DNA of 64,000 nucleotides, from the NCBI GenBank assembly GCA_951406725.2, contig OX597831.1, forward strand, positions 11,966,001 to 12,030,000. The letters are read 5' to 3'. Below, piece by piece: positions 1 through 13,902 of the stretch (positions are counted from its first letter, which is position 1; each line of letters begins with the position of its first letter). Origin of the DNA: Octopus vulgaris (taxonomy: Eukaryota). The notes below the pieces were generated by a model. It worked only from the letters and a program-made list of their open reading frames with translations, was not told where the DNA came from and searched no databases. A program made the position numbers and the translations under genes.

Positions 1-148
1 AATTTCCTGAACTTCCAGTTTTAGTCTGAAGCTGACGCAGGAGTTATATACAAGAAGGAATTAAACGAATGCACACCACTTAAACTTTCGTTTTCTGAGA
101 AAGAAAGAAAAAAAAAAGCCCGAAAACGAAATTAACATTTTTTAAAAA

Positions 149-160
149 TCACGTGACTCA
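149..160. promoter_or_regulatory. CLEAR-like E-box TCACGTGAC overlapping an AP-1-like TGACTCA, about 80 bp upstream of the acid phosphatase ATG
   Basis: Sequence aaTCACGTGACTCAtt at 147-162. It matches 9/10 of the CLEAR consensus GTCACGTGAC bound by MiT/TFE factors and sits next to a lysosomal hydrolase gene. Function is inferred. Confidence 0.5.
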
Positions 161-236
161 TTCGCAATAACCCGAACAGAGTTATCGGCCTTTGAAAATC
201 ACAACATTCGAAGATTTTTGTTGTTTGGCAGAAACG

Positions 237-320
237 ATGCAGCTTGGAATTGGTTATTTCTTGCTTCTGTTACCCACCGTTTGGGCCGAGGATTTGGCCA
301 CCCTGAGACTGGTCAACCTG
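237..320 (+). CDS. ACP2: Acid phosphatase exon 1 (MQLGIGYFLLLLPTVWAEDLATLRLVNL; signal peptide)
   Basis: ATG at 237, hydrophobic leader with VWA|ED cleavage-like site, then the LRLV strand that precedes RHG; donor GTAGGT at 321, phase 0. Confidence 0.88.
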
Positions 321-857
321 GTAGGTTTACAATTTTCTAATTATACAAGTATCAAGAGAAAAAAAAAAACTTCTTTTGTTTTCTGTTTTCGTTCCAAAAT
401 TCCTCTCTTCTTCACAAAACCCTTTTGGTTCCTCCTCACCCGAAACCGCCCCAGCTGGATCTGCAATACAAATGTCTCGTTTGCATAGGTTTTGAAACCT
501 TAGCCGCGATTTACGTTCCTAACACCAGCTTTATGATATATCTAAGTTATTTTACTAAATTCTTTGTTATAATTAAAAATTAATTGAAACAAACACAGAG
601 AATATTCAACAGAAATACATCAACGGAAGGATCAAACAACCACAAGGCATCCACTTCGGATCCTAATTGTTTATTGTTTTCATTTTTACGATTTCTCTTT
701 CTTAATAATTCTGTTTTGATTGTTTGTCATTGTTTTGGTTTTCTAATGGATTTAAAACCTTTTGATATACGAAAACAAATCTCTTTGTTATGATTAATTA
801 TTATAAAACACCGAATCTATTCTCACGTTTATATTCACCCAGTAAATAAGTTCGAAT

Positions 858-1502
<645 letters not shown>

Positions 1503-2166
1503 ATGTAAATGTATGTATTGTCCGTGTGTATATATCGTTTTATATACACAACCGAAAGAGCTTTTCATATGCGATGCTCGCGTCGCAACATATCAAGTGT
1601 TGAAACCGATCCCTTCAAAATACGACTTAGAAATGGTCAGATCGTCTCTCATGAATCAGCGATCAGGATTCCGAAGCAACTTTGTAGGCAAATTCTACAA
1701 AATGAAACATACGTGTGTGTGTGTGTGTGTGTGTGTTATTAAGTAGATAAGTCAAATGTCTGTAGCGATAATCAACATCAGAGGTTATTTTCCTTAGCAT
1801 TGTTGTTAAACTTGCTGAGAAACAAACGGGTCCCTGAAGTGCCCAACCCTCATCATCTGCTGCTTAATTCCTCACCTCGCCCCCTTTTCCATTTTCTTTT
1901 GTGTCCTTGAGATACACTTAAGATAATTTAATGTTTTGTAGTTTAAATGTTTTTCTTTTGCTTCCCGTAAAAATATTTCTTATAGAATGATTATATGTTG
2001 TTAACAAGTGATTTGACTGTGCTATCAGAGTTTTGCCCTTAACAAGCGGTTAATAATATTGTCTGAACAAGCCATTGGGGTGAAACCGCACAACTCTGTG
2101 TGTGTGTATGCATGTATGTATATATATATTCATGCATGTATACATGTATCTGCATGTGTATATATA

Positions 2167-2204
<38 letters not shown>

Positions 2205-2206
2205 TG

Positions 2207-2237
<31 letters not shown>

Positions 2238-2377
2238 TCGTGCTATGTATATATATATATAACATTATTGGTGAATTGAAGAAATGGAGCTGAACGCAGA
2301 TTGAACAGAAATCGTTTTATTTCATTCGTAGATGTTCTTTGTGACCGAGAATAAAGTTCTGACTATTTAAAGAATAT

Positions 2378-2863
2378 TGGATGCACCAACGCACGGTTGC
2401 AACACCATATGGTTGTACCTCCAACCGTGCTGTTTTACTGCTGTGATTTTTGCTACTAAGGTATCGGTTAAACTTTTGATTAATCTACTACAAGATTATT
2501 CATCTTTCTATTTCACATTATATATATATATATATATATCCGTAATAATGAAGGGTGAAATTAATTAATTTGGAATAATTATCAATTACACCAAGTAGTC
2601 TTCGGCATGTAAAAGCCTCATTCGAGGAAAATTTAAGTAATACTAAGCAATAAAGGGTTTGGCAACGAATTGCCTTACCACATACCGAATTTAGAAATAG
2701 CAGTCAAAGAGTTATAGCTATTTCTTCTACTAAAAGGGAGATCTCAGTAAAAACAGTTTTTACTGAGATCTCCCTTTTAGTAGAAGAAATAGCTATAACT
2801 CTTTGACTGCTATTTCTAAATTCGTATGTGGTAAGGCAATTCGTTAAAACCCTTTATTGCTTA

Positions 2864-2900
<37 letters not shown>

Positions 2901-3070
2901 GTGTAGGAATATTAATATTATAAAACTTCAAAATTTCCGCACTAAGGCACGGATTTTATGCCCAATGGTCGTAACTTCAACCGTGCTTTTTCTGTTGTGA
3001 TTTTTGCTACCCAGGTATCGGTTATCATTTGAATTATCCGTAATAAGATAATTCATTTATCTACTTCAAT
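2378..3070 (+). repeat. Two diverged direct copies of a ~140-bp repeat (about 2378-2520 and 2935-3070)
   Basis: Shared gcacgg...caaccgtgc...tgtgatttttgctac..ggtatcggtta. Confidence 0.7.
2641..2866. repeat. Near-perfect palindrome, ~113-bp arms, centred at 2755
   Basis: tactaagcaataaaggg...ctcagtaaaaac-a-gtttttactgag...ccctttattgcttagta. Confidence 0.92.
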
Positions 3071-3169
3071 ATATATATATATATATATATACATATCAGG
3101 TGGTGCTATTAAGTTAGACATGGCCTGGACCAATCTTTGGTCGAAACATATCTAATTTTTTTTATCTAA

Positions 3170-3227
<58 letters not shown>

Positions 3228-3373
3228 GTGTGTGTATGTATGTATGTGTGCATGTAATATGCCTGCTTGTTTGTCTATCTGTCTTTATCTATCTATATCT
3301 CTATCTAGCTAGCTATTTATCCATCATCCATCCATCTATCCCCAAGAGTTAAGGAATGAAGTATACATACATT

Positions 3374-3409
<36 letters not shown>

Positions 3410-3821
3410 TATTATATTATATAAAGAAGAAAATAAGAGGAAATGAATTCCCTACACAGGACAATAAGTTAGCACTCAGTAAATAGAACTGAGAGAATAT
3501 AGAGTGATGTAGGTTTCAAAGAAAAGGTAACTTTTGAGATTTTGACAAACAAAAAAAACAGATTAATTTCTTCGCTATATTTTTCCAAAGACTCACTTCA
3601 TCATATAGAATATATTGTATACAAATTACAAAGAATATATATAAAAATAAAAATGTATTTTCTATATATATTTTTTGTAGTTATATATCATCGAAAGATG
3701 ATGACTTGCATCTTTCGAAAAACATATTGAGGAAAATAATCTGTCTTTCGGTTGTCAGTATCTCAAAAGTTGCCTTTTCATTAAAACATACATTACTGTG
3801 TACAATATACATAATATATAT

Positions 3822-4200
3822 GGCGTTAGGAAGGGCATCCAGCTGTAGAAACACTGCCAGATCTGACTGGCCTGGTGCAGCCTTCGGGCTCCCCAGACAC
3901 CAGTTGAACCGTCCAACCCATGCTAGCATGGAAAGCGGACGTTAAATGATGATGATGATGATGATAATATATATATATATATATACATATATGTCTGGCA
4001 CCTGTGCAGGTGGCACGTAAAAAACACCCACTACTCTCGCGGAGTGGTTGGCGTTAGGAAGGGCATCCAGCCGTAGAAACACTGCCAGATCTGACTGGGC
4101 CTGACGAAGCCTTCCAGCTTCACAGACCCCAGTTGACTCGTCCAACCCATGCTAGCATGGAAAGCGGACGCTAAACGATGATGATGATGATGATGATGAT
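3822..4200 (+). mobile_element. Two tandem 3' fragments of the RTE-LINE tail family ending in (GAT)n
   Basis: ggcgttaggaagggcatccagc..ccaacccatgctagcatggaaagcggacg..(gat)n, the same as the LINE 3' end at 20165-20337. More than a dozen further copies occur on both strands (e.g. 15118-15460, 24590-24810, 32322-32640, 33324-33627, 45715-45895, 46030-46350). Confidence 0.85.
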
Positions 4201-4213
4201 ATATATATATATA

Positions 4214-4591
4214 CTAGCAGTATTGCCCGGCGTTGCTTGGGTTTGTTTCGACCCGCTGGAATTGGAATTTTTGAAAAGTAAAAATTTTGCATTATGTAGC
4301 TTGTTATTCTCTTCAAGTGAACATTTTTGTGGTTGAAATACACCGAAAAGTGGTGATACAGCAGTGAAAAAATAGGGATTTTCATAGAAAAAGGCACCTT
4401 TTTGATGTAAATAATTTTTGGTGTTAACATGGTCCGATTTGAATTTTTTCTTCTATGGAAGGAAGAGCAACACTTCTATCATACTCTCAATTTTGGTCAA
4501 CTTGCGCCGCAGGGTCTCGGAGGAGATAGTGTTAGTTGAAGGCTACCAAACCTGGCGCACACAGAAAACTTCAGCTTTATATACAGAGAGA
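4214..4591 (-). mobile_element. Non-autonomous Helitron
   Basis: Minus strand begins TCTCTC..TATATAAA and ends with hairpin CCCAAGCAACGCCGGG + CAATACTGCTAG; A|T insertion site. Confidence 0.8.
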
Positions 4592-5811
4592 TAACACACA
4601 CACATTAATACACATACATACATACACACACACACATGTATGTATGTATGGATGTATGTATGTATATATGTACATCTGTCCACTTCTTGCCATATTTTTA
4701 TCCTTCACTTCCTACACACACACACACTCACACACACACACACAGACACACACACACACACACACACGTGCGTGCATGCACACACACACACATACACACA
4801 CACACACACACCTTCTTAGCTTACAATTTTCTTTCAACAATTGACAACTGAAGTACGCTCGCAAATTAATACTATGAAAACTTAAAGTGGTAATAGGCGG
4901 AGTAAATCCTTTGAAGTGAGAGAGGGAAATCGTAAAATATTGAGTTTTCTCGAATTTTTGCTTAATTGGGGGTCAAATTGAAAGAAATTTATATGCCATG
5001 ACCGAATGGAATGTACTTCAAAAAATCATAGGTAAATTCCAATTGAAGAAATAGTGTGAGGAGTAAATCGTTATGTATTTATTTGTTTCTGTTTGCTCTG
5101 TATTTTTTTTGAGTAGTGGTTTAAGGTAGACTTGCAAAGAGAAAGTTGGAGGAAGTGTGGTAATAGCAGGAGTGAAGCAGTTGAAATGCCCTTCCCAATG
5201 CCAACCACTCTGTGAGTGTAGTGGGTGCTTTTTATGTGCCACCAGCACAGGTGCCAGGGGAGGCTGGCAACGGCCACAATCGGTTGGTGGTTTTTACATG
5301 CCACCGACACGGAAATATACATACATATATATATATAAAACGAGGAAGAGAGAAAGATACAGATATATATGCATACATACATTTATATATTTATTTATAT
5401 AAAGGTGTAAACACACACACAGACACACCAAAGTGCTGTTGCTTGTAGTCCTAATTGACATATTTACAACTATACAAATAATATCACAAGCAGTCAATAC
5501 AAAACAGACATACACCCTGGCACCAGATTGACTGTTAATGAGGGATATAGGTTTTAATTTGTTTTTGTAACGAATCTACATCTTGTTTGTGTTTGAAAAT
5601 TTTGGGTCATTTGGTTTCCTCAAATGAAATTCCTTTTTAATACAAATCAAATCAATAAATGCTACTTCCACAAAGTAAAGTCTGTTTGTATCAGATTCTT
5701 ATTTCTCTTTTACCGTTTTTTAATTTCCTAAAACGTATTCTTTATTACTGAGAGACTTTAGAAAGGAAACCGAATATTGTTGCTCTGCATTCTCATATCT
5801 TGTATATTCTC

Positions 5812-6152
5812 TTTTATTCTTTTTTACTTTTTCAGTCATTTGACTGTGGCCATGCTGGAGCACTGCCTTTAGTCAAGCAAATCGACCCCAGAGATTATTC
5901 TTTATAATCCTAGTACTTATTCTATTGGTCCGTTTTTGCTGAACTGCTAAGTTACAGGGACATAAACACACCAGCATTGGTTGTCAAGTGATGTTGGGAG
6001 GAACAACCACAGACACACAAACATATACACACACATACATATATATATACATATACGATGGGCTTCTTTCAGTTTCCATCTACCAAATCCACTCGCAAGG
6101 ATTTAGTCGGCCCGAGGCTATAGTAGAAGCTACTTACCACACAGCCACTCCT
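5812..6152 (-). mobile_element. tRNA-head SINE family C (internally deleted copy)
   Basis: Homologous to 56035-56425. Confidence 0.8.
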
Positions 6153-6762
6153 GTGCCTATTTTTTGTAAAGGCATGGAACTTTGTCCCCCACAGACTCCT
6201 TCCTTCTCCTCCAAGTTTTAGAACCAGTGATCATAGCTGGTGTTTCTAGCTTTCTTAATTACCTTCTTGCCATTGCATTTCGTTTCTGTGTTGTTATTTC
6301 TTATGACTGATAAACGCCCATCCTTGGCTTGGAATATTTGTTTGCAGCACAAGTTTAAACATTTCAAAGAGCAAACGTGAATTTGGTTTGAGGATTGGCA
6401 AGGTTTTAGTTCTTCTCATTTTTGTCCTTTTTATTCCTGCAACTGTCTTTCTTTCTTTGGATTAATTCCACTGCAGTCAAAACGGTGTCGACCCACAATC
6501 TGCAACCGGCTGCTTTTTTCATATCTAACACTTTATTTTGCTAATATATACTTTGAAAAGATGCAGAGAAGAGCAAAGAAAAAAATGGGGAAAAAGGAGT
6601 GGGGTGCAAAGCTGCAGAAGACTGAAGGGGAGGGGCAGTGGGCTCAGTGGTGCACGGCGGTAATGACTGCGATGGCCTGCGACACTCACAGCATGTTCTT
6701 CTCAGGGTTTTGAGTTGATGTTGTCATTCTTTAAAGTTTGTTCCGATTGATTTTTGGAATCA

Positions 6763-7142
6763 TGGTACTCTGTCGGTTGCGACGATGAGGGTTCCAGTTG
6801 ATCTGATTGGCGAAACAGCCTGCTCGTTAAATTAACGTGTAAGTGGCTGAGCACTCCACAGACATGTGTACCCTAAACATAGTTCTTGGGGGAGATTCAG
6901 CGTGACACAGAGTGTGACAAGGCTGGCCCTTTGAAATACAGGTACAACAGAAACAGAAAGAAAGAGTGAGAGAAAGTTGTGGTGAACGAGTACAGCACGG
7001 TTTGCCAACAGCCCTTGCCGGACCCTCGTAGAGCTTTAGGTGTTTTCGCTCAATAAACACTCACAATGCCCGGTCTGGGTATTGAAATCAGGATCCTACA
7101 ATTGCAAGTCCACTGCCCTAACCATTGGGCCATTGCACCTCC
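6763..7142 (-). mobile_element. tRNA-derived SINE family A
   Basis: Reverse complement of the element at 21894-22278. Confidence 0.85.
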
Positions 7143-7354
7143 ATGAATTTTGTAATATTACAATGTTCAATTGTAATGTTACAAAAGTTTGGTACCATCC
7201 CAACTGTAGCCTGTAGGCCAACCAAAGCCTTGAGAATTGATTTGGTAGTTGGAAACTGGAAAAAAGCCTGTAATGTGTGTGTGTGTGTATGTATCTATGG
7301 GTTAAATAGATTTCCCAAGGGTAGAAGAGGCTTCCCTTATTTCTGGCAAAGTCA

Positions 7355-8552
7355 TGATCAAATCCCTTCAGGTAGATGGCACTGCTTAACCTGTAGAAAA
7401 GGTGTAGGCAGACACTCCATAAGATGTACCTGGTGTAGGCTATAGACACATAAGAGGTGCAGCAATATCAGAGGAAGGTTAATGAGAAAAATAGCTTTTG
7501 TGTGTGGAAGATGCACAGGTACAATCAACACCGAAAATGTACAGAAAATAGACTCCATCAACTGCCAGGCAGGTAAGCTAGAGGTAGGAGATAGCTTCCG
7601 TTACCTAGGGGACCAAGTTAGTAACAGAGCTGTGAGAATAAGAATAGACTGGGCAAATTACAGAGAGTTCCTACCCTTGCTGGCAACAAAGGGCCTCTCT
7701 CCCTCAGTGTGAAAGGCAGATTGAATGATGTGTGTGTGTAAAATAGGGGCTGTGACAGCCGAGGACATGTGTAGGCTTGAAAGAAATTAAGCCAGTGTGC
7801 TTTGCTTGATGTGCAATGTCAGTGTGCATGTTTGACAGAGTGTAAAAATCTTGAGAGAAAAGTTAGTCATTAAAAAGAGGCATCAGATGTGGTGTGCAAG
7901 AGAGACAACTGCACTGGTATGGTCATGTGATGCATATGGATGAGGGCAACTGTGTGAAGAAGTGCCAATCTCTAAATGAAGAAGGAACCTGTGGTAGAGG
8001 TAGACCCAGAATGGCATGGGACGAGGTAGTGAAGCCTGATCTTCGAACTTTGGGCCTCACAGAGGCAATGACTAATGACTGAGACTTTTGGCGATATGCT
8101 GTGCTTGAGAAGACTGATGAAATCAAGTGAAATCATTATCGTGGCTGATGCTGGTGTCACATTTCTGGCACCTGTGCCAGTGGCACGTAAAATGCACCCT
8201 TTGAGTGTGGAGCCTCACAGAAACCAGGTGGCATGTGAAAAGATCCTTTTGAGTGTTGGGCCTTATGGAGGCAATGATGAATGACCGAGACCTTTGGTAT
8301 TATGTTGTGCTTGAGAAGAAGACCCATCAAACCAAGTAAAATCACAGTTGTGACAGATACTGGTGTCACACAAATGGCACATAAAAGTACTCATTACACA
8401 CTCGAAGTGGTTGGTGTTAGGAAGGGCATCCAGCCATAGAAGACCACACCAAATGAGACTGGAGTCTGGTGCAGCCTTAGAGCTTGCCAGCCCTGGTTGA
8501 ACTGTCCAACCCATGCCAGCTTGGACAATGGATGTTAAATGATGATGATGAT
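7355..8552 (+). mobile_element. Degenerate 5'-truncated RTE-clade LINE (PHD finger, RT C-terminus, 3'UTR, (GAT)n tail)
   Basis: FRYLGDQV, LHWYGHV and GRGRPR motifs with stops and frameshifts; homologous to 18907-20337. Confidence 0.88.
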
Positions 8553-9265
8553 AAGGGCAGCTCTTCTATAAGAAAGATATTCTGGCATAAAGCTTGTAGG
8601 GAAAACGGTACCTGTCATCTTAACTAGTGATGGATGCATGACATGGATGGTCTCATCTGTGCTCATGCAGAGATGAAAGTCAATCAGAGCAATGAGGCTG
8701 AGTGTGAGACAGGTGTCACCTGACAAGACGAGGCAATCCTCATGTGTGTATCTGTATATGTGGTTATTACTACCTACACACGTTTCCACTGCACAGTCTA
8801 TGCACAGATGCGACTGGGCATAATTTTCTGTGTAGCTTCATTCAGGGTGTCCACCAGCTGGTCTTGAATCGAAGGGTTCGCCTTGTGACTAGCTGGTGGA
8901 CAGACCCTGTATTTATATATGCACCATGCTTACATACCAAAACAGACAGCGAAGCATGGTGCAGTCTTCTGCCGAGCCAGCTCCTTTCAAACGGTCTGAC
9001 CCATTCCAGTATGGAAAGCAAAACATATGTTACATGATGATGATGACAGTGATTGCTGAATTTTCTTGAGAACATTCCTTTCTTAGTGGTAAGACCACAG
9101 CGGATCTACTTCTAGCATAATGGATATCCACATAGTGGTCATCCCTCTTATATGTATGTAATACAATTTTTCTGAATCTACAGATTCTAATATGCAAGAC
9201 CACTGGTTTTAAATTGATATTAAACAAATTAATATTCAATTTTTCACCTTTATTATTTTAAATTT

Positions 9266-9313
9266 ATGTATGTATATATGTACGTATATATATATATATA
9301 TAATGTATGTATT

Positions 9314-9348
<35 letters not shown>

Positions 9349-9545
9349 GTATATATATATATATACATATATGTATATATATATATATATATACATATAT
9401 ATATGTATATATGAATATATATATATGTGTGTGTATATATGTGTATATGTGTATATGTATGTGTACATGTATATGTCTATAATGTATATATGCATATGTG
9501 TATATGCATATATATATATGTATATATGCATATATATATATATTA
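9266..9545. repeat. Degenerate (TA)/(TG) microsatellite
   Basis: Direct reading. Confidence 0.9.
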
Positions 9546-10123
9546 CACACATAGCACTTCATATTCGTTGTGGTGGTGGTGGTGGTTGCGGTGTAAGAAA
9601 TTGCCATTTCATTTGCACCCCTCCCCCCCCCCCGACAACCAGTGGGGTCTCTGCCAAGCATTATTAGCCCAGTTCTTCACTCCTTCTCCTGCAAACAGCA
9701 GATGATCTGCCACATCATCTCTTCTGTCAGCCATGACAAAGTACTTATTCCTTATTTCCCCCCCCACCCCACCCCACCCCGAACTGAGCCAACTTCCTAA
9801 TTAGGTCTCCCAGTCAGTAAGTTCTATTAATGTTTCCAATGCTATCAAAAGGTCAAAGTAGGTCACAGGCCTTATCTGTGTTCTCTCTTCTGATGGCACA
9901 AAACCAGTCATTGATCACTTTGTAGTCTTACTGTGCTCCACCAGCAAGTCTTGGTTTCCGGGGTCCATTGTTGTTGTTGATGATATATCTAATGTCAACC
10001 TACTTTTGCTTTAATCCATATATTTGTAATTTACATACGATTTGTTTTTCTATTTTTATGTTGTTCGTTAAGATATATTCCTGGCAATTACAACAACTAT
10101 AGCCTTCTGCCAAGGTTTGAAGA

Positions 10124-10184
<61 letters not shown>

Positions 10185-10607
10185 GGAACACACTCGGCGA
10201 GACACGGAAGAAAATTTGAAGAAAGAAGGAAAAAACATAATAATAATAATAATGATGAGGAGGAGGATTTCATTTATTTGCTATTGGGATGAAGGGGACA
10301 ATACAAAGACAGACATAAAGTGTTGGAGGTTTACATATAATGAAATGATAAAAGAAAAAGTTAGCTATATATGGTATACACTGAAAAAGAAGGGACATAT
10401 ACATAGTATGCAAAGGTTTCAAAAAGGTGGAGTAGATGATAGAGATGTGGTTCTCTCGATACAGGAGGACCTCTAGGGATAATCGAGGAACCCCTGTCTA
10501 TCTGAGATTTCTCTGGGCACCAAGAGCGAGTACCTTCTCCAATTCCTTCTCTCCAATTTACAGTATAATAATAATCTCTTAATGTAATAATGAGTGTAGT
10601 ATTTTCA

Positions 10608-10650
<43 letters not shown>

Positions 10651-10705
10651 CGGAGATGTACTTGCATAGCGAGTGACTTGATCTGAGATCGTGTGCTGGA
10701 ACGAA

Positions 10706-10964
10706 AACAATTGCAGCGTGGAAGGTGTTTATAAGACATTTAAGAAACACACAAAAGCCGTTAGATTCACTTCAACATTTAAATTTAATTTGTCAAAATA
10801 TTTTCGTTGCTTTGAGATGCAGCACGAAGTTTTGTCAGTGAACAGGTCGCGGTCTCAAAGCGATGAAAATATTTTGACAAATTAAATTTAAATGTTGAAG
10901 TGAATCGAATGGCTGTTGTGTGTTTCTTAAATCGCTTATAAACCCTTTCCACACTGCAATTGTT
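10706..10964. repeat. Fold-back element, ~110-bp inverted arms, ~35-nt loop
   Basis: ttcacttcaacatttaaatttaatttgtcaaaatattttc vs gaaaatattttgacaaattaaatttaaatgttgaagtgaa. Confidence 0.9.
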
Positions 10965-10975
10965 ATATATATATA

Positions 10976-11370
10976 TATAAGAGGAATGACCTCTAGGTGA
11001 ATTCCTAATATGCTAAAGGTAGACCCCATATGGTCTGACCACCAAGAATAATTGTTCTCAAGAAAATTTGGCAAATGCCAGAATGTAAAGCGAACAAGAC
11101 AAATGAAAAGGTAAATGATGTTTTGTATCTCTTCATTTGTCTTGCTCGCTTTACGTTCTGGCATTTGCCGAATTTTCTTGAGAACAATTTTTTCTTAGTG
11201 GTCAGACCATATGGGGTCTACCTTTAGCATATTAGGAGTCCACCTAATGGTCATTCTTCTTATATGTATGTAATATAGTTTTCTGAATCTTCAGATTTTT
11301 TCAATATGCTAGGCCACTGGTTTAAATCGATATTAATTAAATTAATATCAATTTTTACCCTTATTATTTA
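10976..11370. repeat. Fold-back element (arms ~130 bp within 10976-11265) with a unique extension; related copy at about 9050-9265
   Basis: ctaatatgctaaaggtagaccccatatggtctgacc vs ggtcagaccatatggggtctacctttagcatattag. Confidence 0.88.
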
Positions 11371-11526
11371 AACGTCCAACCCATGCCAGCATGGAAAACG
11401 GACGTTAAACAATGATGATGACGATGATGATGACATCTTTAAAATCTCAAAGCTATGAGATAATGCTTGAGGAATTGGAACCAAAGTGAATAAATAAGAA
11501 TTTTATTTGACAGGATAATCTGAATG

Positions 11527-11558
<32 letters not shown>

Positions 11559-11648
11559 CTCTCTCCTGTCTGTCTGTCTCTCTCTCTCTGTCTCTCTCTC
11601 TCTCTCTCCAGTCACTAACATTCTGCCTTTGTTTTCCTCTCTTTCTAG

Positions 11649-11744
11649 GTCTACCGACATGGCGATCGTTCCCCTATAGATTCATTTCCCACAGATATGC
11701 ACAAAGAAGACAGTTGGCCCCAAGGATTTGGATGGCTATCTAAC
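11649..11744 (+). CDS. ACP2: Acid phosphatase exon 2 ([32 protein letters not shown])
   Basis: Polypyrimidine tract + TAG acceptor; catalytic RHGxRxP motif; WPQGFG; donor GTAAGT. Confidence 0.97.
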
Positions 11745-12462
11745 GTAAGTAAATCCAAACCATCCATTTTGTATACGTGTGTGTGTGTAAACATATTTGA
11801 ACAAAGATTTTCTTAAATCCAAAATTATTAATTATATAATAAAACCTTTAAAAAAAAACCCAGAATGACACAGACCTTATGCAAGATTTTCTTGTTATGT
11901 TAAGCACTTTCCGCTGTCATGAGCTTTTCAAACACACATCATGTACTGAATTGCTTTTACAAGCAGTAATGACTATTTCCAGTTTACATTGGGTGGGTGA
12001 GTGTATTTGACCTGGAAGTGAGTACAAGAGTGACAGATAGTAGATATTTGTCTATTTTTGCAGCTGGGGAATATCACGTATTCATGTCATTATCAGAACA
12101 AGGTTGAATTAACCAATCTGAAGTACACAGAGACAAAAAAACAATTAACTGGTTTGCAATGACACCGTTAAGGCTGAATAAAATTCAGTGTATGCAATAG
12201 AACCGACTCTTGAGTAAATTCTTTATTTAAAGGACATACTTAATGTGTGTGCATCAGTAAAAAGCCCGAAGCTTCAGTTTTTGTCTGAGAAAGAAAAAAA
12301 TCTCTCTGTGGACCCATGGGTCAGGCACAAGTTTGTTGGAGAAGAGTTTTCTGTAACCAGCCACCCTCTTTTGTTGCCACCCCACCCCTTACCTATTTGG
12401 TAATTATGTTTTCTTTTATTCTCTTTTGTTTGCATTTCATTTATTTTTTTATTTACTTTCAG

Positions 12463-12549
12463 ATTGGAAAGCTGCAGCAATATCATCTTGGAAAATTCTT
12501 AAGGCAGAGATACAACGGATTTTTAAATGAAACATACATTCATGATGAG
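12463..12549 (+). CDS. ACP2: Acid phosphatase exon 3 (IGKLQQYHLGKFLRQRYNGFLNETYIHDE)
   Basis: ttttcAG-type acceptor; LGxxLRxRY family motif; donor GTGAAT. Confidence 0.95.
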
Positions 12550-13230
12550 GTGAATTCATTGGAATTAATATTGAATTAAACAGTTAATCAAGGAATTGGT
12601 GCGTGTGTGTGTGTGTGTGTGTGTTTTGCTTCGTAGTCACAAAGCTAAGTGGTTAAGGCCTTCCCTTCCCAGCATTTCAGGGTTTCATCTCACTGGACAG
12701 CAATTGAGGTCAAGTGTCTTCCTTGTTCGTGAGATTCGGGTAAAGGAGACCCAGAAGAAAACTCTAAGGGGCTTATTGTGTATCATGATGATGATGATCA
12801 TCATTTGATGTCCATTTTCCATGCTGGTATGGGTTGGATGGTTTGGCAGGAGCTGGTCGGCCGGAGAGCTGCACCCAAATTCCAGTTGTCTTTTTGTGGA
12901 AAAACTTCTACAGTTAGATACTTTTCCTAACACCAACTGTTTCACTGAGTGTACTGAGCACATGACCCCAGCATGGGTGCCTTTTACACATCATTGGTAC
13001 AGGAGCTTTTCATGTGGCACCAGCACAAATGCTTTTCATGTGGGGCTTTTTATATGGCACCAGCACAAATGCTTTTCATGTGGGGCTTTTTATGTGGAAC
13101 CAGCATGTTTATATTATGTGCAACATGGACTTGTATATTGGAAAATATTTTCACCCCAATTTTGCACAAAAGACAGTGGGAGGGATTTTTTTTCAGACAT
13201 AATTTTGGTCAAAAAAAAATGGGCATCTTA

Positions 13231-13601
13231 TCTCTCTATATATAAATGGCAGTTTGTCTGTGTGTGTTTCTGTGTGTCTGTTTGGTTGTACCCTCACCCT
13301 GACCACGGCTTTCAACCGATTCTGATGAAACTTGACACACACATAGCCCAATGTCATAATTCAAAACTAACGCAGCGAAAATTTTGAAAAGTTCCCCCAG
13401 TTCTGAAAAAAATCGATAAATTCGACATGGGGTCGAGAATCAGAAACACAAACCACAGACTGTCTAGGGGACGCAACTTGACCTTTTTAACTAAAAAAAA
13501 ATTTACCATAATTTTTTTTCCATTTTTTGGCTATAACTCTCTAAAAATGCTTTATAGTTATTTCCCTTACTAACCCGAGCAACGCCGGGCGATACTGCTA
13601 G
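13231..13601 (+). mobile_element. Non-autonomous Helitron
   Basis: 5' TCTCTCTATATATAAA, 3' hairpin CCCGAGCAACGCCGGG + CGATACTGCTAG, inserted at A|T with no TSD. Confidence 0.88.
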
Positions 13602-13902
13602 TATGCCATAAAACACGGTGGACTTTCAACCACATGGCCATACATATACCCCACTAGATGTAACCATGCATATTTAGGTATGTACAATAGTAGCATCACC
13701 ATCATCATCATCGCCACCATCATTTTCATTGTAGATGTGTGAGCAGTTATGAGTTGATTGTTCATTCTTAGCAGAGCCAGTAACCATTTCATGGTAAACA
13801 CATCATAACCAGAGGGTTTTTTTTTTATTCATTTTCTAATTTTATTTATTCATTTAGAATTAATTATTCTCTTCTTAAGAAAGCTAATTATAATCTCTGT
13901 CT

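Noticed and set aside
192-488. 98-aa single-exon ORF as listed in the track
   Set aside because: Starts at a TTG. The real ATG is at 237 and the frame splices at 320.
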